From Neoechinorhynchus agilis (taxonomy: Eukaryota > Animalia > Acanthocephala): a stretch of 64,000 bases of DNA. Shown here piece by piece: positions 1-10,819 of the stretch; positions within the stretch are counted from its first letter, which is position 1, and every line of letters begins with the position of its first letter. The notes beneath the pieces were generated by a model that was not told the origin of the DNA, did no database searches, and saw only the letters and a list, made by a program, of their open reading frames with translations. The translations under genes were made by a program, and so were the position numbers. Location of the stretch: NCBI GenBank assembly GCA_051530055.1, contig CM121343.1, positions 3,690,389 through 3,754,388 on the forward strand, in the 5' to 3' direction.

Positions 1-34
1 TCTAAGGAAACCCCCCTTCTTTGTGAACCTCAAC

Positions 35-910
35 ATGAACAAAGAAGCGGCTGCGGATGCAGATCAGATTAGGAAAGACCTTATAATTGAAGCTTTGAAC
101 AATACGCATGAACAATGCAGATCCATTCACACGTCCGCGTTCAATCTTGTGGACATGGACGCTGTTTCCACGGACATTTTATCTGATATGCAACATGCGG
201 GTCTTTGCGATCTGGAAGGATTTGATGATCTGCAGAAGGATGTGCTTGCGAATTCGCTAATACCACAAACCATTAGGTTGGCTGCTTTTCGGCATTTTTG
301 TCGTCAACTTCCATTTAAACCACGAAATGAGGGCATCGAATGCTGGCAGGTGATTCTTGATTCTATAGCGTCAAATGGAACAATAATCGATGAATTGATA
401 GATTGTGCCGCAAATTATAGATTGCGTGTAGTTCATGATATTCACTTTGTTTCAGAGCGCTTATGGACCCTTTTGACTCATTCTACGCCTTACGACTACC
501 GATACTATCGTATCCTCCGATTGTGGATTCTATTGTTTGGAAACCGAGATGTAATTGAAGGTCATGGTGATGGCTTGGTCGGCGGAGCATTTGAATATAA
601 ATTGATCGAAATGTGTTCTGACGATGCTAACAACGAAGAACTTTTACAAAGTGGTTGCGTAAAACGAAGTAGGACGTTTGTGAAGTTGTGTAATGATGAT
701 TTGAAAAATCCATTAAGTTTATCATATTACAATGAAGACGACTTTGAAGCATACGATGATTTACTGGATACAGAATCAAGCGAGGAGGTGTCCGATGGTG
801 TGGAATTATGGGAAGATTCTGGATCACTAGAAGGCTACGAAGACCCCATCGATGAAGGTGATGCATTTGACGTTAACTACGCAGACTCTACCCAAGGTGG
901 TCAGTATTAA
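35..910 (+). CDS. Hypothetical protein, ~292 aa, acidic C-terminal third
   Basis: Long open frame (ORF track 23..910; first ATG at 35) with globular-looking N-terminal two thirds and a D/E-rich tail. No family motif recognised; may have upstream exons outside the window. Confidence 0.5.
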   Translation: MNKEAAADADQIRKDLIIEALNNTHEQCRSIHTSAFNLVDMDAVSTDILSDMQHAGLCDLEGFDDLQKDVLANSLIPQTIRLAAFRHFCRQLPFKPRNEGIECWQVILDSIASNGTIIDELIDCAANYRLRVVHDIHFVSERLWTLLTHSTPYDYRYYRILRLWILLFGNRDVIEGHGDGLVGGAFEYKLIEMCSDDANNEELLQSGCVKRSRTFVKLCNDDLKNPLSLSYYNEDDFEAYDDLLDTESSEEVSDGVELWEDSGSLEGYEDPIDEGDAFDVNYADSTQGGQY

Positions 911-1382
911 AACAAATTCATCGAAAGATCTAAAAGATGATATGCGAGAAGTTGGATCAAGTGACCGAAACTCATGCTACTACGCAATGGTTTTGTACGA
1001 AGAATATCGGTGTATTCCAAATATTGAAAACCGCTAACGATACCTATAGACAACCATGTTCTTGATTAGTGCATGCTCCTTGGGCTTCAAATTAACCCGA
1101 GGTTGACCAACCGTGACTTTTTTCCAAATTACGTTTGAAACAAAATGTGATTCTTAATGTGTATTTTTTCACTTCCGGTTACTAGCCGTAGATCGCTGTT
1201 GTGATCGCGAGTACATCGACGATTTTGCACTCGTTTAAACTTGGCTGTTTCTCAATTATTGTGAGAATTCATCAGCACGGCTGTCACTTTGCAAACGTTA
1301 CCTTTTGTTGATAGTAGCTTTCAAATAAGAAATTCAAAATGACTTATTTTTCGTATGTTCAATTATTGAAGAAATCAGTATA

Positions 1383-1690
1383 TCGCCCGCCTAAGGAAGG
1401 AAACTCACTGTTGATTTCAGGCTCCTCGGAAGGTATCTGAGGATCCGGAGGATTGAAGGAAACTCATTTCGCGCACACCAACGCTACCAGCCTTCTTGAA
1501 AAGCTTCAATAAGGCTGGTAGCACTGGTGTGCGCGAAATGAGTTTCCTTCAATCCTCCGGATCCTCAGATCGCCCGCCTAAGGAAGGAAACTCACTCCTC
1601 GGGAGGTATCTGAGGATCCGGAGGATTGAAGGAAACTCATTTCGGGCACACCAGCGCTACCAGCCTTCTTGAAGCTTTTCAAGAATAAAT
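1383..1690. repeat. Forward-reverse-forward palindromic repeat (~60-bp arms)
   Basis: Arm ATCTGAGGATCCGGAGGATTGAAGGAAACTCATTTCGCGCACACCA..CTACCAGCCTT starts at 1435. Its reverse complement ends at 1570 and a third, forward copy starts at ~1608. The leader CGCCCGCCTAAGGAAGGAAACTCACT is also duplicated (1384, 1571). Confidence 0.95.
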
Positions 1691-2074
1691 GATGGTGATT
1701 GCTAATTATTAGTTAATTGTGCCTATGTGGATCGCTTTACACGAATCTTATTTAATTTGAGCTTTTTTATTTGGGTGCCTGAATTAAAAATGGCATCTTA
1801 GGCAAAATTTCTACGTTTGATCCTAATCCATTTGTGCATGTTCAACCTTTTATACTTATAGGCAGCAAAAGTTGGCGAATGGATTTAAAATAAATTCGAC
1901 ACTCAGCCTCACTCCAAAATTATTGAGAATTTAAAGAAACGGTAAGATGAAGCAAATTAAAAAGTATAAAAATAGGATACAGCAAGCGATAAATGCATAT
2001 TACAGATTTCGCAAAAGAAACTGGAGGTATATTAATCCATTTGAAAAGTTCTATTGGCAGAAGAACCAACTGAG

Positions 2075-2297
2075 TGGAGCGCTCGGCAGCTCGGCACTCT
2101 CTGCTCCAGGATCTCTCGAAGAAATTGAGAGAGGCAACCGGAGACTCAAGAGCAGGCGTATTCCTTCGACAAAATATCTCGCTAGCAGTACAACGGGGCA
2201 ATGCTGCCAGCGTGATGGCGACGGTCGAGGAAGGACAAAAGCTGGAATTCGGCGGGAGGTGGTGAGTGTGTTAATTGTCGAGAAATGAAGATTGATT
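2075..2297 (+). mobile_element. 5'-truncated 3' stub of a CRE-type (RLE) non-LTR retrotransposon
   Basis: Near-identical to the minus-strand copy at 28955-29170. Encodes LLQDLSKKLREATGDSRAGVFLRQNISLAVQRGNAA, the C-terminus of the restriction-like endonuclease region. Confidence 0.85.
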
Positions 2298-3412
2298 GAA
2301 TAAAAAAATCTTCAAACTGAGAAATTGCGCAAAACATTAGTTTAAAATGAGAGCGCGAAATCTTTTATTTTGTGGCAACAAGCGAAATAAGTACACGAAA
2401 CGGAAATCAATAGAATCATCGAAAGTACATCTTTCATTTGATATGTGAGGTACCATGATTAGAATTATTGTTTAGAAGTCTTCACCAGGTAAATAATTTT
2501 TGTTAAAGACGTTCTGCGAATCCCGTAGGTTCTTCATCATCAGTTCTAAAATACAAGTGGTTATTCTGCTCTCACACGCGCTTATGGTTGATTGTGTTGT
2601 TCCATTTTATATCTGGTTTCGTTTCTTTGATTTAAGCGTCGAGGTGTATTATGATCACTTGCTAAAACCAATGTTTGGTCGGCGATATCACCTTGTGGGT
2701 ATCGGACCGTTTATGTTCCGGAAATCTTATCTTCAAATTGGTGTTGAATTGGTTATAAGAAACTTTGTAGACAACAGTCCTCTTTTCTACCTCCTGATAT
2801 TTTCGGGAAATGAACTTTCCTATCAGTACAGAAAGTCGAAAATAAAAATTAGATCCATGCTCTTAATTATCGTTTGAATTTTGTTATGCCAACCGACTCT
2901 CCAATGCTTGGGTCCATTCGATTCTGGTTGGTCCACTTGCTCTCGCACTGAAGTAATAGTATCCTTTGGGTGCTCTCACTTGCTGAAAATTTGTTTTAAC
3001 TGTTGGATTTCGTCACTGGGGAACTCTTCACTGGAGATGTGTACACTACACATTCTCTAAACCCTGCACAGAGTTTAAGAAGAACGTTATCTGGGCGAGC
3101 AGGAACAGAAAGTTTTGCTAAGGAAGGATAGAGCATGGCAATAAACGAGTTTTCTCAATCTGTGTTGAGGAAAAGATCCTAAGAAGCAGTACAGTCAAAT
3201 CCGACTGGGCCGCCAAAAATGCCGAACTGGATCTCGCGTGTTCTCTATTCGAATAAAAGTTCTTATAGTTTGTGCTGTGTTTTTCAAATGCTATTTAAAT
3301 TGCGACTTAGATGCATAAAATTGAATACATTTTAATCGATCAAAAAATAAACATCGTGGCTGCGAATTTCCGCATTTCAGCAAACAAAACAGGCAAATGC
3401 TGATAATCAAAG

Positions 3413-4399
3413 TCAGCAATCAGATTTATCTGTCTTGAACCTGAAGACAGATGACATCAATTGCTTATACTGATCGGAAAAGTTAAGATCTTGCACGTTC
3501 ACACTATGCTCCATATTGGTTATCAGAACAGCATTTATATTCGTGACTGGATCAGAAAATTGCATATCTTCTACGTCGTAGTTGATTGTGTTTCTGTAAA
3601 AATATCTATCAACTCGTTGATTCACGTCAGCGCTGTGGTTCCATTGATCGGTGGGGTAATCTCTATATACCCTCAAAAGAAATCCAGCAATAAAAGTTAT
3701 AAAATCCCGATTGTGTTGACGCATCTCTTGGACTGTTACCTCTGCCGGATCGTCAAACATCTCTCGGAAAAACTCCGAAGGACATTTAAGGGTCCGTGAA
3801 CAAAGACACACGAGCTCTTGATAAAAATCTTCGAAAATTGTCGACATTCTATTATAAAAATCTTGATTAATATTTTCGTTTCCTTCAATTGAGCACTCAG
3901 AAATAATACATTTGATTGATCGGTAGAAGAAAAATTGAAAACAAAGATAAAACGCTCTAACAAGTTGTTGTGCATGTTGATCGTTCACATGATTGCCCAT
4001 TAATTTTATTGGCCATGGCAATAATAAATGACTAGTTATGCTTGCTGATATACGATGGAGAAAGTAGGGATTCATTTGAATTTGAGGCTGAATTATTTTA
4101 CCGATTTCACTGATGATACTTTTCAATAATTGTTGGTCGCTTGGATTCGATTCAGTATTTCGAAACAATGACTTAAGCGACGACACGGTAGCACGCTTTA
4201 GAACACTCAGAATATCGATCGCCATTTTTTTCGATGCCAATAGTTCATTTGGTTCCACCGATGAGATTGAAGAATTCGAGATTTTCGTTGTTGCGATCTG
4301 AGACATAATAGACTCTATTGTCATCTGATTAATTTCATTATCCTCTCCGTTGTCCATGATCCCACTGATCAATCTTTCGATTGCATCGATTCTCATCAA
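3413..4399 (-). CDS. Helical-looking ORF, probably the downstream exon of the BAG6-like gene
   Basis: 328-codon open frame, same strand and 280 nt downstream of the UBL ORF. An open frame in the gap (DISASQSSETLT...MLLE) could be a linking exon. Splice junctions not resolved. Confidence 0.45.
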   Translation of the reverse strand: MMRIDAIERLISGIMDNGEDNEINQMTIESIMSQIATTKISNSSISSVEPNELLASKKMAIDILSVLKRATVSSLKSLFRNTESNPSDQQLLKSIISEIGKIIQPQIQMNPYFLHRISASITSHLLLPWPIKLMGNHVNDQHAQQLVRAFYLCFQFFFYRSIKCIISECSIEGNENINQDFYNRMSTIFEDFYQELVCLCSRTLKCPSEFFREMFDDPAEVTVQEMRQHNRDFITFIAGFLLRVYRDYPTDQWNHSADVNQRVDRYFYRNTINYDVEDMQFSDPVTNINAVLITNMEHSVNVQDLNFSDQYKQLMSSVFRFKTDKSDC

Positions 4400-4678
4400 G
4401 AAAGTAAAAAGAGAACACCCAATACAGAACCGATAACCTCTAGGAGCATATAATGGGTTTGCAAGCGAATTTCATAAGTTTCTCTATTTGTCTCAATGTC
4501 TTGCTCATCAACAGATTGCGGGTTCAGCCGTGGTTGGTGTCGTACGTCGTCCGTCGAAGATGATTGCGTCAATGTCTCTGAAGATTGCGAGGCAGAGATG
4601 TCGGTTGCGGGTAAGTGATGATTGATCAGAAAATAGGTTTTTTTCTCTCTCTATATATACCCAATCACATCTGATCGA

Positions 4679-5929
4679 TCATCGCAGTAAAACTGAGGTA
4701 GATGATGTGCTTGATTGTAGTCCTTGTTGAATAAAATCAATCAGCGGCCCAATAGCACCACGTATGGAATCGGCTGCAACGGACGACTCGATGTTCGTTC
4801 CATCTAATAGGGGAGGTCCGTGTTCGGTTGCTCGCATGCTTCCTTCATTTCTAGATGTAAAGAAGACGGATCTGTTCGCCGTTGACAATTGGAAATGCCC
4901 TAAGAATGCGATCAAACGACTAATTGCATCCATCAATGGAGGAACGGATTCCATGAACGAATAATCATCAGGACGTAGCCTTTCCGAAGAGGCCGAAAGC
5001 AACGACATATAACGTGACATTGCACTCGTCAGATCGATAGTCAATTGTTGGACATTGCGATAGAGAGAAATCAAATTTTCGACACTTGCCGTAGTAAATG
5101 GAGCCAAAGGTTCGTGGTTTCGACGGGTAAAATGGTACATGTGATTCATTCCGCGCTGAATAAATTCTCTGAGATCGTTCATTTGCCGTAAAACTCGCTG
5201 GTCGTAGATGCGTTCAACGCGTTGATGAGTATCGACCGTCACACTGGACAAATTGGTCGTCGTCGCCGCTGTTGTTGTTGAGGGCATCACTAGTTGAGTT
5301 TCGTCCATATTTTCAGCTCCGCCAAGTGTTGTTGGGCCAACGGAAAGTGTTCGCAAAGGCGAAGCATAGATCACAGCAGCATTTGAAGGGACAGCTTGCT
5401 GACCTAAAGCTGGATGTGGGACGAATTGAGTAACTCGCCATCCTGATGACAAAGGGGCATTGGTAGCTCCTTGATGAGTCAAATGAACGGGATGTAAAGG
5501 GATGTGGGTCCCATGACGAAGGATCCGGACTTGGGGACGTAATTGACCGAGTGCTGCATATCTGGGCACAATGACGCCGGGGTCTCCGCTTCCGGGGATG
5601 ACGTAATAATCCGCATTAAGGCGCCTACGTCTGTTTTGAAAAGCAGGCCGTTCGGAGGAAGATCGAGGAGATACGTCACCTGCACCGGGATGAATCCTGG
5701 ATGTGGAGGAGCGGTCATAGACGAGATGAACGACGTGTCCGTGCATCTCAGCTCCTAATAAAACACGCTCATCAGTCAAAATTTCGCCGCGATAAATGAG
5801 CCTTTGTTGGTTGATGGGGATATCAAGAGATCGAAAGATTTGATCCTTAAGGGTACGAACGAAGATGCGTTCCGGTAGATGGAATCGATGATTTTCCCCG
5901 TCAATGGTCCTTATAGTCAAGTCAAACAT
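4679..5929 (-). CDS. BAG6: BAG6/BAT3-like protein with N-terminal ubiquitin-like domain
   Basis: From ATG 5929: MFDLTIRTIDGENHRF...LKDQI...IPINQQRLIYRGEILTD...GHVVHLV matches the BAG6-type UBL pattern (..V+T+D...IP.E+QRLIY.G..L.D...G.V+HLV), followed by Pro/Thr-rich low complexity. Confidence 0.7.
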   Translation of the reverse strand: MFDLTIRTIDGENHRFHLPERIFVRTLKDQIFRSLDIPINQQRLIYRGEILTDERVLLGAEMHGHVVHLVYDRSSTSRIHPGAGDVSPRSSSERPAFQNRRRRLNADYYVIPGSGDPGVIVPRYAALGQLRPQVRILRHGTHIPLHPVHLTHQGATNAPLSSGWRVTQFVPHPALGQQAVPSNAAVIYASPLRTLSVGPTTLGGAENMDETQLVMPSTTTAATTTNLSSVTVDTHQRVERIYDQRVLRQMNDLREFIQRGMNHMYHFTRRNHEPLAPFTTASVENLISLYRNVQQLTIDLTSAMSRYMSLLSASSERLRPDDYSFMESVPPLMDAISRLIAFLGHFQLSTANRSVFFTSRNEGSMRATEHGPPLLDGTNIESSVAADSIRGAIGPLIDFIQQGLQSSTSSTSVLLR

Positions 5930-6213
5930 TGTGTCTGTAACAGTGAAAACGAGGGAATCGAAGCGTACAGGAAACACACGCGCTTTTTTGGACACACTCG
6001 CGATTCCGATGAATGTGCGCGTAACCCCGCAGTTCGGCGAGGAAGGGGCACGCGTGCATCTTTCAACAGGTGAACATTTCTGTGACGTAACTCGTTTCTT
6101 TCGTGGAATGTCGCGCACCGTCGTCTACCGATTGAGTCAGAGGGCGCGCATTTGTAGTGTTAGGTTTTAAAACGTGTGCGCGAGTGCGGCTCAGGTCTTA
6201 GTCGGAACAAAAA
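5930..6213. promoter_or_regulatory. Putative bidirectional promoter between BAG6-like and PDIA3
   Basis: 284 nt between divergent ATGs, rich in CG dinucleotides, with TGACGTAA (ATF/CREB/XBP1-type core) at 6083-6090. Confidence 0.5.
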
Positions 6214-7722
6214 ATGGCGAATCCAGCAGCGGTCTTTGTTGCTTCGTGCCTCTTTGTGCTCTCGTACGCATCCGTTCTTGATTTCACCGACGATTTCGAC
6301 TCAAAAGTCACTTCGGTTCCTGTTGCTCTCGTCAAGTTCTACGCTCCGTGGTGCGGACACTGCCAGGCTCTTGCACCGGACTACAAAAAAGCCAGTGATC
6401 TAGTCGATGAAACCAAATTCGTCTTCGCTGAAGTCGACTGCACCAAAACAAACGGAAAACGAGCGTGTGAAACTCATGGAGTGAGCGGTTATCCGACTTT
6501 AAAACTATTTCGAAATGGCAGTCCGGCTGGCGACTACGATGGAGAACGCTCACTGCGTTCTTTAGTCGACTATGCTAATCGAATGAGCAAATCTTTGACA
6601 ACCGAACTCGAAACTGTCCGAATGTACGAATCTTTCTTGAACGATGACGATAGAGATATGCCTTCTCTTGTGGGATTCTTCTCAACGAAATCTGAATCAG
6701 ATCTGCTGCAACCGTTCAATGAGCTCTCAAAAACACTTTCGTCTTCAGTTAAATTTGGATTCACTTTCAACCAAGACGTCATGTCCCATGCGAACGTACA
6801 GCCAGAATCTCTTATTCTATACAGAGCTGCCAATCTCCGTTCGCCTAAACTCGAACCGGAAAGTGTTCCATTCACGACACCTCAATCATCGGTGCCCAGT
6901 GTCGGTTCAATAGAACGTTTTATAAAAGACAATAAACACGGCCATTGCGGTCTTCGAACTAGAAACAACGCTGATGAATTCGCACTCCCATTGGCTGTAC
7001 TCTTTACTGCTGTTGATATGCAGTACAACAGAAAGGCTTTTCAATACACTCACAACAGAATGGTGAAAATAGCCAAAGAAGTCCCAGGACTTCATTTTGC
7101 GATATCGGATATTAAAGAATTCGAATACGTTCTATCGAGTCAGTATGGAATCGACAAAACCACCGAACAAACCACTTATCATCACCTTGTTATCATTAAT
7201 GAAGCTGGCGAGAAATTCGTCGCTCCCAAGTCCGTGTTTGAAAACGTAAAATCGTTCCCCTCCGGTGCTGTAATCGAGTTTCTTAACAGCTACCTTGGCG
7301 GTTCACTGAAACCGTACTTAAAATCGGAACCTGTTCCAAAGAGTCCGAAAGGCAATGATGGAGTCACTGTTCTTGTGGGTACGAACGCTAAACATCACTT
7401 GGTCGACCAAACAAGTAAGGATGTTCTTATTGAGTTCTATGCACCGTGGTGTGGTCATTGTAAGAGTCTGGCTCCTGTTTATCAGAAAGTAGCTGAGCAC
7501 TACGAATCCGATGATGGAATCACAATTGCGAAAATTGATGCAACCGCCAACGATTTTCCGCCGTCCTTCGATGTTAGAGGATTTCCTACTATCTTCTTTG
7601 TTCGTGCTGATCAAAAGGATAGCCCAATCAGATTTGAAGCCAAAAGGGACTTCGATTCGTTGGTTAAATTCGTTAATGAACATCGGTCCACTACGGAAAA
7701 AAGCAAAAAAGAGGAATTGTGA
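6214..7722 (+). CDS. PDIA3: Protein disulfide-isomerase A3 (ERp57)-like, intronless
   Basis: Signal peptide, two FYAPWCGHC thioredoxin motifs, ERp57-like b' segment (YTHNRMVKIAK, YLKSEPVP), C-terminal KEEL ER-retention signal. Confidence 0.92.
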   Translation: MANPAAVFVASCLFVLSYASVLDFTDDFDSKVTSVPVALVKFYAPWCGHCQALAPDYKKASDLVDETKFVFAEVDCTKTNGKRACETHGVSGYPTLKLFRNGSPAGDYDGERSLRSLVDYANRMSKSLTTELETVRMYESFLNDDDRDMPSLVGFFSTKSESDLLQPFNELSKTLSSSVKFGFTFNQDVMSHANVQPESLILYRAANLRSPKLEPESVPFTTPQSSVPSVGSIERFIKDNKHGHCGLRTRNNADEFALPLAVLFTAVDMQYNRKAFQYTHNRMVKIAKEVPGLHFAISDIKEFEYVLSSQYGIDKTTEQTTYHHLVIINEAGEKFVAPKSVFENVKSFPSGAVIEFLNSYLGGSLKPYLKSEPVPKSPKGNDGVTVLVGTNAKHHLVDQTSKDVLIEFYAPWCGHCKSLAPVYQKVAEHYESDDGITIAKIDATANDFPPSFDVRGFPTIFFVRADQKDSPIRFEAKRDFDSLVKFVNEHRSTTEKSKKEEL

Positions 7723-8164
7723 ATTTTTCGTTCCAGCAACGATAATAAAACTATGATTGACATTGAAAAGTGAGTTTGTGTGTTGCGTGGCATCGTAATG
7801 AAGTGCTCAAATGAGAAAAGTTAAATTTGCCAATATCTCATTATCCACAATAAAGATGATTGAAAGCCACGAAGCAGCCGAAGTGCTAAACTTACGATTT
7901 CTCAATACTTTTTAGTATTTTAAAGACGTTTTCACACTACATTGCTTTATCCAAGCAGCTTTATATTTTAGCCATTCATGTAGCGAAATCTTTGAACCTC
8001 ACATTGAAAAGTTTAATTTTTGTCTAGATCGCGAGTTTAATAATGTGCAATATTAAGATTCTAAATGGCACCTTTAAATGCGGAATTTGATAAAAGTAGT
8101 AACCGTAAATGAGCTTAGCATCAATTGTTCAACATTTTGTAATCTTTTGCAAACACCGCAGAAT

Positions 8165-10641
8165 TTTTAGCCAATGTTTTTAAAAAAGGAATGTTCAATT
8201 CAAAAAAAAGGAATGATGGATCCATCCTCGAAGCTACGGAAAATAAAGATGTTCCTCCGTTCCCATCGGAACTATTATAAAAAATTGAGTATTAAAAAAA
8301 GAATCTAGGACCATTTGTAGATGCGTTGAGATTGGAACTTTAAATGAAGATAGAAATTTGAATCCTTCGATCTTTGGCTCTACATTCTCCGATCTCTCAC
8401 CAGCATCTCATAATTTTTAACCAATGTTTTTGAAAATGGTTGCGGTATTCAGAAACGAGATACATCCTAGAGGCAATAAAGGATAAAGATGTTCCTCCGT
8501 TCCCATCGGAACTATTATAAAAATTGAGTATTTAAAGAAGAATTTAGGACCATTTGTAGATGCGTTGAGATTGGAACTTTAAATGAAGATAGAAATTCGA
8601 ATGCTTCGATCTTTGGCGCTACATTTTCGGATCTCTCGCCAGCATCTCATAATTTTTAACCAATGTTTTTGAAAATGGTTGTGGTATTTAGAAACGACAT
8701 ACATCCTAGAGGCAATGGAGGATAAAGATGTTCCTCCGTTCCCATCGGAACTATTATAAAAAATTGAGTATTAAAAAAAGAATTTAGGACCACTTGTAGA
8801 TGCGTTGAGATTGGAACTTTAAATAAAGATAGAAATTCGAATGCTTCGATCTTTAACTCTACATTTTCGGATCTCTCGCCAGCATCTCATAATTTTTAAC
8901 CAATGTTTTTGAAAATGGTTGTGGTATTCAGAAACGAGATACATCCTAGAGGCAATGGAGGATAGAGATGTTCCTCCGTTCCCATCGGAACTATTATAAA
9001 AAATTGAGTATTAAAAAAAGAATTTAGGACCACTTGTAGATGCGTTGAGATTGGAACTTTAAATAAAGATAGAAATTCGAATGCTTCGATCTTTAACTCT
9101 ACATTTTCGGATCTCTCGCCAGCATCTCATAATTTTTAACCAATGTTTTTGAAAATGGTTGTGGTATTCAGAAACGAGATACATCCTAGAGGCAATGGAG
9201 GATAAAGATGTTCCTCCGTTCCCATCGGAACTATTATAAAAAATTGAGTATTTAAAGAAGAATTTAGGACCATTTGTAGATGCGTTGAGATTGAAACTTT
9301 AAATAAAGATAGAAATTCGAATGCTTCGATCTTTGGCTCTAAATTTCGGATCTCTCGCCAGCATCTCATAATTTTTAACCAATGTTTTTGAAAATGGTTG
9401 TGGTATTCAGAAACGAGATACATCCTAGAGGCAATGGAGGATAAAGATGTTCCTCCGTTCCCATCGGAGCTATTATAAAAAATTGAGTATTTAAAGAAGA
9501 ATTAAGGACCATTTGTAGATGCGTTGAGATTGAAACTTTAAATGAAGATAGAAATTCGAATGCTTCGATCTTTGGCTCTACATTTTCGGATCTCTCGCCA
9601 GCATCTCATAATTTTTAACCAATGTTTTTGAAAATGGTTGTGGTATTCAGAAACGAGATACATCCTAGAGGCAATGGAGGATAAAGATGTTCCTCCGTTC
9701 CCATCGGAACTATTATAAAAAATTGAGTATTTAAAGAAGAATTTAGGACCATTTGTAGATGCGTTGAGATTGAAACTTTAAATGAAGATAGAAATTCGAA
9801 TGCTTCGATCTTTGGCTCTACATTCTCGGATCTCTCGCCAGCATCTCATAATTTTTAACCAATGTTTTTGAAAATGGTTGTGGTATTCAGAAACGAGATA
9901 CATCCTAGAGGCAATGGAGGATAAAGATGTTCCTCCGTTCCCATCGGAACTATTATAAAAAATTGAGTATTTAAAGAAGAATTAAGGACCATTTGTAGAT
10001 GCGTTGAGATTGAAACTTTAAATGAAGATAGAAATTCGAATGCTTCGATCTTTGGCTCTACATTTTCGGATCTCTCGCCAGCATTTCATAATTTTTAACC
10101 AATGTCTTTGAAAATGGTTGTGGTATTCAGAAACGAGATACATCCTAGAGGCAATGGAGGATAAAGATGTTCCTCCGTTCCCATCGGGGCTATTATAAAA
10201 AATTGAGTATTTAAAGAAGAATTAAGGACCATTTGTAGATGCGATGAGATTGAAACTTTAAATGAAGATAGAAATTCGAATGCTCCTATCTTTGGCTCTA
10301 CATTTTCGGATCTCTCGCCAGCATCTCACAATTTTTAAGAAATGTCTTTAAAAATGGTTGTGGTATTCACAAACGAGATACATCCTAGAGGCAATGGAGG
10401 ATAAAGATGTTCCTCCGTTCCCATCGGGGCTATTATAAAAAATTGAGTATTTAAAGAAGAATTAAGGACCATTTGTAGATGCGCTGAGATTGAAACTTTA
10501 AATGAAGATAGAAATTCGAATGCTCCTATCTTTGGCTCTACATTTTCGGATCTCTCGCCAGCATCTCACAATTTTTAAGAAATGTCTTTAAAAATGGTTG
10601 TGGTATTCAGAAACGAGATACATCCTAGAGGCAATGGAGGG
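8165..10641. repeat. Tandem array, ~240-bp unit, ~10 copies
   Basis: GATGTTCCTCCGTTCCCATCGGAACTATTATAAAA recurs about every 240 nt. The first unit is the most diverged, and neighbouring units share private variants. Confidence 0.97.
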
Positions 10642-10819
10642 ACTACTGAAGATGCGGATCCAGTAAAAGTCTGGATGGATTGTATACTCTTCTAAGATAA
10701 ACAACAACAAGCGTGCGACAAAACCAGTATTTCTTAAAGTTCTTCCGTGTCAATGGTTACGCTGGGCTTATCGCAGGATGGAAGCAGAGCTCGTGAATAT
10801 ATCCCGAACTTCCCCGGAA

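Noticed and set aside
2460-3200. Possible small multi-exon gene on the minus strand
   Set aside because: Protein-like fragments exist, but I could not build a phase-consistent model; the plus-strand ORF 2500..2877 looks like antisense noise.
9136-9423. Coding potential of the 240-bp array (minus-strand ORF, 240 is a multiple of 3)
   Set aside because: Every frame I translated has stops in each unit, and A-tract indels shift frame between units.
10640-10700. Helitron 3' end (hairpin + CTAA) after the 240-bp array
   Set aside because: The stem is only 6 bp, the following base is not T, and no matching 5' TC end was identified.
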